Shown: in pieces, positions 63,140-64,000 of the stretch
Numbering within the stretch: position 1 is the stretch's first letter
How the letters are laid out: every line of letters starts with the position of its first letter
From: Escherichia virus TH22
Strand: one strand, 5' to 3'
DNA length: 64,000 nt
Sequence record: MT446396.1
Notes under the pieces: model-generated
What the model was told of the DNA's origin: nothing
What the model saw: the letters and a program-made list of their open reading frames with translations, nothing else
Database searches by the model: none
Translations under genes and position numbers: made by a program

Positions 63140-63147
63140 TATTTATA
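63140..63147 (-). promoter_or_regulatory. late promoter TATAAATA for t
   Basis: - strand TATAAATA 20 nt upstream of SD AAGGAGAAAGT-ATG. Confidence 0.55.
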
Positions 63148-63152
63148 AGTTC

Positions 63153-63937
63153 TTAACTAAGCCAAGGACCATAAATCGTACCTGTCGCGCCCCATGCAGG
63201 AGCAGAAACGGCAACAGCAGCTCCAGAACCGCCACCGGCGCCGACTTTTAGAACTTTACCGCCATCGTGCCATGCGTTCTGGCCTGCACCACCGGCATCG
63301 CCGCCACGACCCGAGTGGGCATTACCATAATCGTATCCACTGCCAGGGCTTTCATAAGAAGCACCACCGCCGGAGTATGCACCACCACCACCTGGACCAA
63401 ATGGGCGTCCGCCTCCACCGCCGATATCTTGCCAGTTTGCACCCGAGTGAGGCCGATAAGCAATGGCACCGCCACCACCACCGCCGCCACAGATAACCCC
63501 ATAGTTCCAAATACGTAGTCTATGACCTATATGGTTGACTATACAATCACCACCCCATTGACCGTTACCGTCTCCACCTGAGTGGGTCCAACCACCGTGT
63601 CCACCACGTCCCCACATATGAACCCCGCCATGAATAGTCAAATTGACATATTCATTAGGTGTATCGCCGTTCATAAAGAACAATGGAACGTTACGGTCGT
63701 AAGATACTATATCGCCTACAATATTGAACACAATAGGCGCGCTACCAGCTTCAAAGCAGCGGTCTCATTAAAGTTATGGTTTGCCGTTATAGTGTGAATT
63801 ACTTCAACAGACCGACCTATCATATTGCCCATCCAAAACGGAGCACCCATTCTCAATCGCTGGGCGGCGCCGCCCATCCAATTTTGTCCAGTATTAACTA
63901 CTGCAGACCACCCTACCCACGGTCCTTCAACTGCCAT
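63153..63937 (-). pseudogene. 38: receptor-recognising adhesin gp38 (T2-type, Gly-rich motifs), split across two frames
   Basis: N-terminal part (63716..63937, ATG with GGAGG SD) and Gly-rich C-terminal part (63153..about 63764) are in different frames; the C-part frame shows TAA TGA directly upstream of [18 protein letters not shown]. Confidence 0.6.
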
Positions 63938-63949
63938 ATAAACCTCCAA

Positions 63950-63966
63950 GGGGCCGAAGCCCCTCT
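63950..63966 (-). terminator. GC hairpin between genes 37 and 38
   Basis: GGGGCCGAAGCCCC palindrome directly upstream of the gene 38 SD. Confidence 0.4.
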
Positions 63967-64000
63967 TATTATTTTAACAATGATTTAATTAATGCTTTAA

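Noticed and set aside
63194-63518. His/Arg-rich + strand ORFs (100 and 83 aa) overlapping gene 38
   Set aside because: Artefact of reading the Gly-rich (GGN-repeat) adhesin gene in antisense; composition-driven.
1-64000. CRISPR arrays or tRNA gene clusters
   Set aside because: No regularly spaced direct repeats with unique spacers; the recurring elements are promoter/terminator cassettes with unequal spacing. No intergenic segment showed an obvious cloverleaf with conserved T-loop, though a formal tRNAscan was not possible.

Overview
This window reads as a contiguous block of the early/middle region of a T4-like (Tevenvirinae-type) myovirus, almost entirely transcribed on the + strand, with the late holin t and adhesin gene 38 converging on the - strand at the 3' end. 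Gene calls rest on protein motifs, synteny with the phage T4 map and recalled T4 protein sequences; no database search was run. Recognisable genes in order: tk, rI, nrdC, 49, nrdD, nrdG, 55, 47, 46, 45, 44, 62, regA, 43, imm, uvsX, 40, 41, sp, 61, 56, soc, two Mod-type ADP-ribosyltransferases, srd-like, dda, dexA, a fused topoisomerase gene 39(+60), rIIA, rIIB, ndd, stp, 52, motA-like and asiA. The hydroxymethylcytosine genes 42, beta-gt and alpha-gt are absent from their canonical loci, and the intergenic regions carry repeated early-promoter/stem-loop cassettes of the PeSL type described for RB49-like phages; both point to a cytosine-DNA pseudo-T-even lineage (inference). The best candidates for undescribed biology are: (1) a translationally coupled membrane protein + Pol-beta-type nucleotidyltransferase pair at 4326-5785; (2) a macro-domain operon upstream of tk in a genome that also encodes two ADP-ribosyltransferases; (3) the 41-61 accessory island (33926-36507), which contains a PARP-like mini-protein with its own promoter cassette and an ORF bracketed by 36-bp direct repeats; (4) a - strand small hydrophobic gene inside the early cluster; (5) a run of large unknown proteins with similar coiled-coil C-termini (6671-10255). 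Gene 38 is split across two reading frames, and a 40-bp tandem duplication sits at the dexA start.
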